From Minisyncoccia bacterium (GTDB lineage Bacteria > Patescibacteriota > Minisyncoccia > Phycocordibacterales > JAACPR01), in contig JBILMG010000001.1 of NCBI GenBank assembly GCA_044375695.1, forward strand, positions 1-54,827: a stretch of DNA of 54,827 bases. Direction: 5' to 3'. Shown here piece by piece: positions 52,734 to 54,827 of the stretch (positions within the stretch are counted from its first letter, which is position 1; each line of letters starts with the position of its first letter). The translations under genes and the position numbers were made by a program. Under the pieces are notes generated by a model, which made no database searches, was not told where the DNA came from, and saw nothing but the letters and a program-made list of their open reading frames with translations.

Positions 52734-53798
52734 GTGACCACCCGAACTTACCCCAGGCGTTTCGTCGCCGCTTTCGCCGCGCTCCTCTTGGCTTTTTCGC
52801 CGCTCGCCGCCTCGCCTATTGCCGCCGCGTCTAGCCTCGGCTTTACCCGCGTCTTCTATTACCGCGACGGGCCGAAGGCGCTCGCCTCGCTCAAGAAGAA
52901 CTACCGCTCTATCGACATTCTCGCGCCGCAGAGCTACACCATCGACGGGGCGGGCAACCTTGCCGGCGAGCCGCCGAAGAAGGCGCTCCGCTTCGCCAAA
53001 GGGAAGGGGATTGCCGTGGTGCCGCTCGTCACCAACGGCGCCTTCGAGGCGGCTTCGGTGAAGGCTTTTCTGGAAGACGAAGGTGCTCGCGACGCCGCGG
53101 TGAAAGCTATGCGCGACGAGGCCGAGGCACGCGCCTACGCTGGCTGGCAAATCGATTTCGAGCAGGTGGACGCCTCGCTCAAGGACGAGTTCACCGCGTT
53201 CGTGGCCGAAGCCGAGCGCGCGCTCGAGGAAGACGGACGCTCGCTGTCGGTCGCCGTGGTGGCGAAGGTGTCCGACGTGCCGGCCGACTACCCGAACGAC
53301 CTCTGGCAGAAGCTCATCGGCGTCTACGATTACGAGGCGCTCGGCGAGGCAGCCGACTTCGTGAGCGTGATGTCCTACGACGAGCCGTACAAGACGGGCC
53401 CGGTATCGCCCTACCCGTGGCTCGAGCGCGTGCTCACCTACACCCTCGAGAAGGTGCCCGCCGAGAAAATTTCGCTCGGCGTTCCGACGTACTACTGGGA
53501 GCGCGAGGTCGGCGGCAAGAACCGCATTATGGAAATTGGCGGCGCCGCGGGCGTGGCCCTTGCCAAGGAAGAGCGCGGGGCTAAAACCGGCTACGACGAA
53601 GAAATGAAGACCGCTTTCGTGAAGTACCGCACCGCGACGGGCGAGGAGCGGCTGGTGTGGCACGAGAACCGCCGATCTATCCAGGACAAGCTCCTCTTGG
53701 CGACCGAAGAGGGCCTGCACGGCGTTTCTGTTTGGGCGCTTGGCCTCGAGCTGCCCGAGACGCACCGGGCGTTCCAGGCGGCTATCAAGAAAAAGTGA
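52734..53798 (+). CDS. Glycoside hydrolase family 18-like protein
   Basis: Signal peptide; GWQIDFEQV (DxxDxDxE-type catalytic strand); MSYDE; YYWE. Confidence 0.65.
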   Translation: MTTRTYPRRFVAAFAALLLAFSPLAASPIAAASSLGFTRVFYYRDGPKALASLKKNYRSIDILAPQSYTIDGAGNLAGEPPKKALRFAKGKGIAVVPLVTNGAFEAASVKAFLEDEGARDAAVKAMRDEAEARAYAGWQIDFEQVDASLKDEFTAFVAEAERALEEDGRSLSVAVVAKVSDVPADYPNDLWQKLIGVYDYEALGEAADFVSVMSYDEPYKTGPVSPYPWLERVLTYTLEKVPAEKISLGVPTYYWEREVGGKNRIMEIGGAAGVALAKEERGAKTGYDEEMKTAFVKYRTATGEERLVWHENRRSIQDKLLLATEEGLHGVSVWALGLELPETHRAFQAAIKKK

Positions 53799-53886
53799 CG
53801 CCCGCTAGGTGCCTGCTCGTCGGGAGGTCTGCTCTCGTAGGTTTCGGTCGCTGGCCGCTCGAGCGGCCAGCCCGCGGCCAGAGGTC

Positions 53887-54441
53887 CTAGCGGCCGGCAC
53901 GCGTCGGCGCGAGCCGCCGACGCATCGCGATTGCGCCGGCGGCGCCAGCAGCAGTGGCCAGCCCGTAAGCAATGACAATTTCCTGAAAGCCAAACCTCGC
54001 GGGCAGGTCTACCGCGCCGAGGACGAGCGCCGTGGCCCAGGAAGCCCCGGAGAGTGCCCCCGAGAAGAGCATCCACGGTCGTAGGCGGACGAAACGGCGC
54101 TCGTCGCCAGCTGCCCGGGCCGCGATGGCCGGCACGTGAATCCGGTGAAAGATGAGGCCGTTGAGCGTGAGCACCCCTACCGCGAGCATCTTGGCGGCGA
54201 ACTCTGGGTCAGAAAGGTATTTCGCGGGGTTCATCGCGAAGAGGCCTGCGCCCGAGAGCAGCAGAACGGCGAGGCCGAACCAAACCAGGCGGCTGCCCAG
54301 CTTCACGAAACGAACCTCTGGCTTCGTTACCCGACGGTTCGCCGCCGCCGTGAGGAAAATGAAATCTGAAACTACGGCACCGCCGAAGCCAACCGCGAGG
54401 CCGGCCAGGTGCGCTACCGTCAGAGCGTCTGGGATTGTCAT
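53887..54441 (-). CDS. Membrane protein, hypothetical
   Basis: 184 aa with 4-5 TM helices. Confidence 0.5.
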   Translation of the reverse strand: MTIPDALTVAHLAGLAVGFGGAVVSDFIFLTAAANRRVTKPEVRFVKLGSRLVWFGLAVLLLSGAGLFAMNPAKYLSDPEFAAKMLAVGVLTLNGLIFHRIHVPAIAARAAGDERRFVRLRPWMLFSGALSGASWATALVLGAVDLPARFGFQEIVIAYGLATAAGAAGAIAMRRRLAPTRAGR

Positions 54442-54538
54442 GGCGTGATTCTACCTTGGGCAAAGACGGTGCGTTAGGCGCTTTACCGGCCGGCGTACCC
54501 AGGCGATAATGAGCGGAACGAAACGGTAACCTACCATC

Positions 54539-54827
54539 ATGCGCCACCGCTCAGCCGCCCTCCTGTCCGCCGCCGCGCTCGCCCTCCTCGTGTCTCTTGG
54601 CCTCGCTCGCGCCGCGTCTTCCGCCCTCTCGTTTGCCTCTCTGCTGGGCCTGGGCGAGGAGCGCTGCGAAGGTCGCGCCTCGTGGGAAGCTCGCAACCCA
54701 GGGGCAGCTGGAAAGTGCCTGCCCCCCGTGCCCGAGATCGAATGCTTCGACGCTATCGACAACGATTCGGACGAGATGGCCGACTACCAGGACCCGGATT
54801 GCAACGAGTATTACGGCAACGGTGACG
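54539..54827 (+). CDS. Partial (5' end) paralogue of the Cys/Asp-rich repeat protein
   Basis: ATG at 54539; signal peptide ...LLVSLGLARAA resembles that of 14686; first repeat CFDAIDNDSDEMADYQDPDC; it runs off the window. Confidence 0.65.
   Translation, partial: MRHRSAALLSAAALALLVSLGLARAASSALSFASLLGLGEERCEGRASWEARNPGAAGKCLPPVPEIECFDAIDNDSDEMADYQDPDCNEYYGNGD

Overview
High-GC (by eye about 65-70%) bacterial chromosome segment with compact gene packing. Gene content (FtsEX, PyrG, RF2, DEAD-box helicase, PrgI-like, TfoX, LemA, many small secreted or membrane hypotheticals) is reminiscent of an uncultivated Patescibacteria/CPR-like lineage, but that is inference only. I call about 60 CDS, 5 tRNAs (Met, Asp, Thr-CGT, Thr-GGT, Gln), a set of near-consensus AT-rich sigma70-type promoters (TTGACA-16/17-TAnnnT), several apparently driving leaderless mRNAs, and many hairpin terminators with a recurring TTTTCTTTTT tail. 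No rRNA, CRISPR, transposase, integrase or reverse transcriptase was seen. The main finding is a family of roughly 165-190 nt structured repeats attached to tRNA genes. Each has a conserved scaffold (TTCGAA[A/G]GCCGCAGC ... GGGGTCGCG[GGT/AGC]AC ... CTTAGT[AAC/GAC][CC/TC]GTGACC). Its 5' arm is the reverse complement of the 3' third (T loop, T stem, acceptor) of the neighbouring tRNA, and the arm changes to match tRNA-Asp, tRNA-Thr or tRNA-Gln. At tRNA-Gln three copies plus two short variants punctuate an array of four AT-richer single-gene cassettes (28993-32898). Each copy ends in a regenerated tRNA 3' end, mostly followed by CCA. I cannot assign this to any known element class. Other points: a Cys/Asp-rich DNDxDG-repeat secreted protein with an abrupt internal composition switch, a candidate promoter-to-terminator small RNA or leader, and a SOUL / photolyase-like / TspO cluster.
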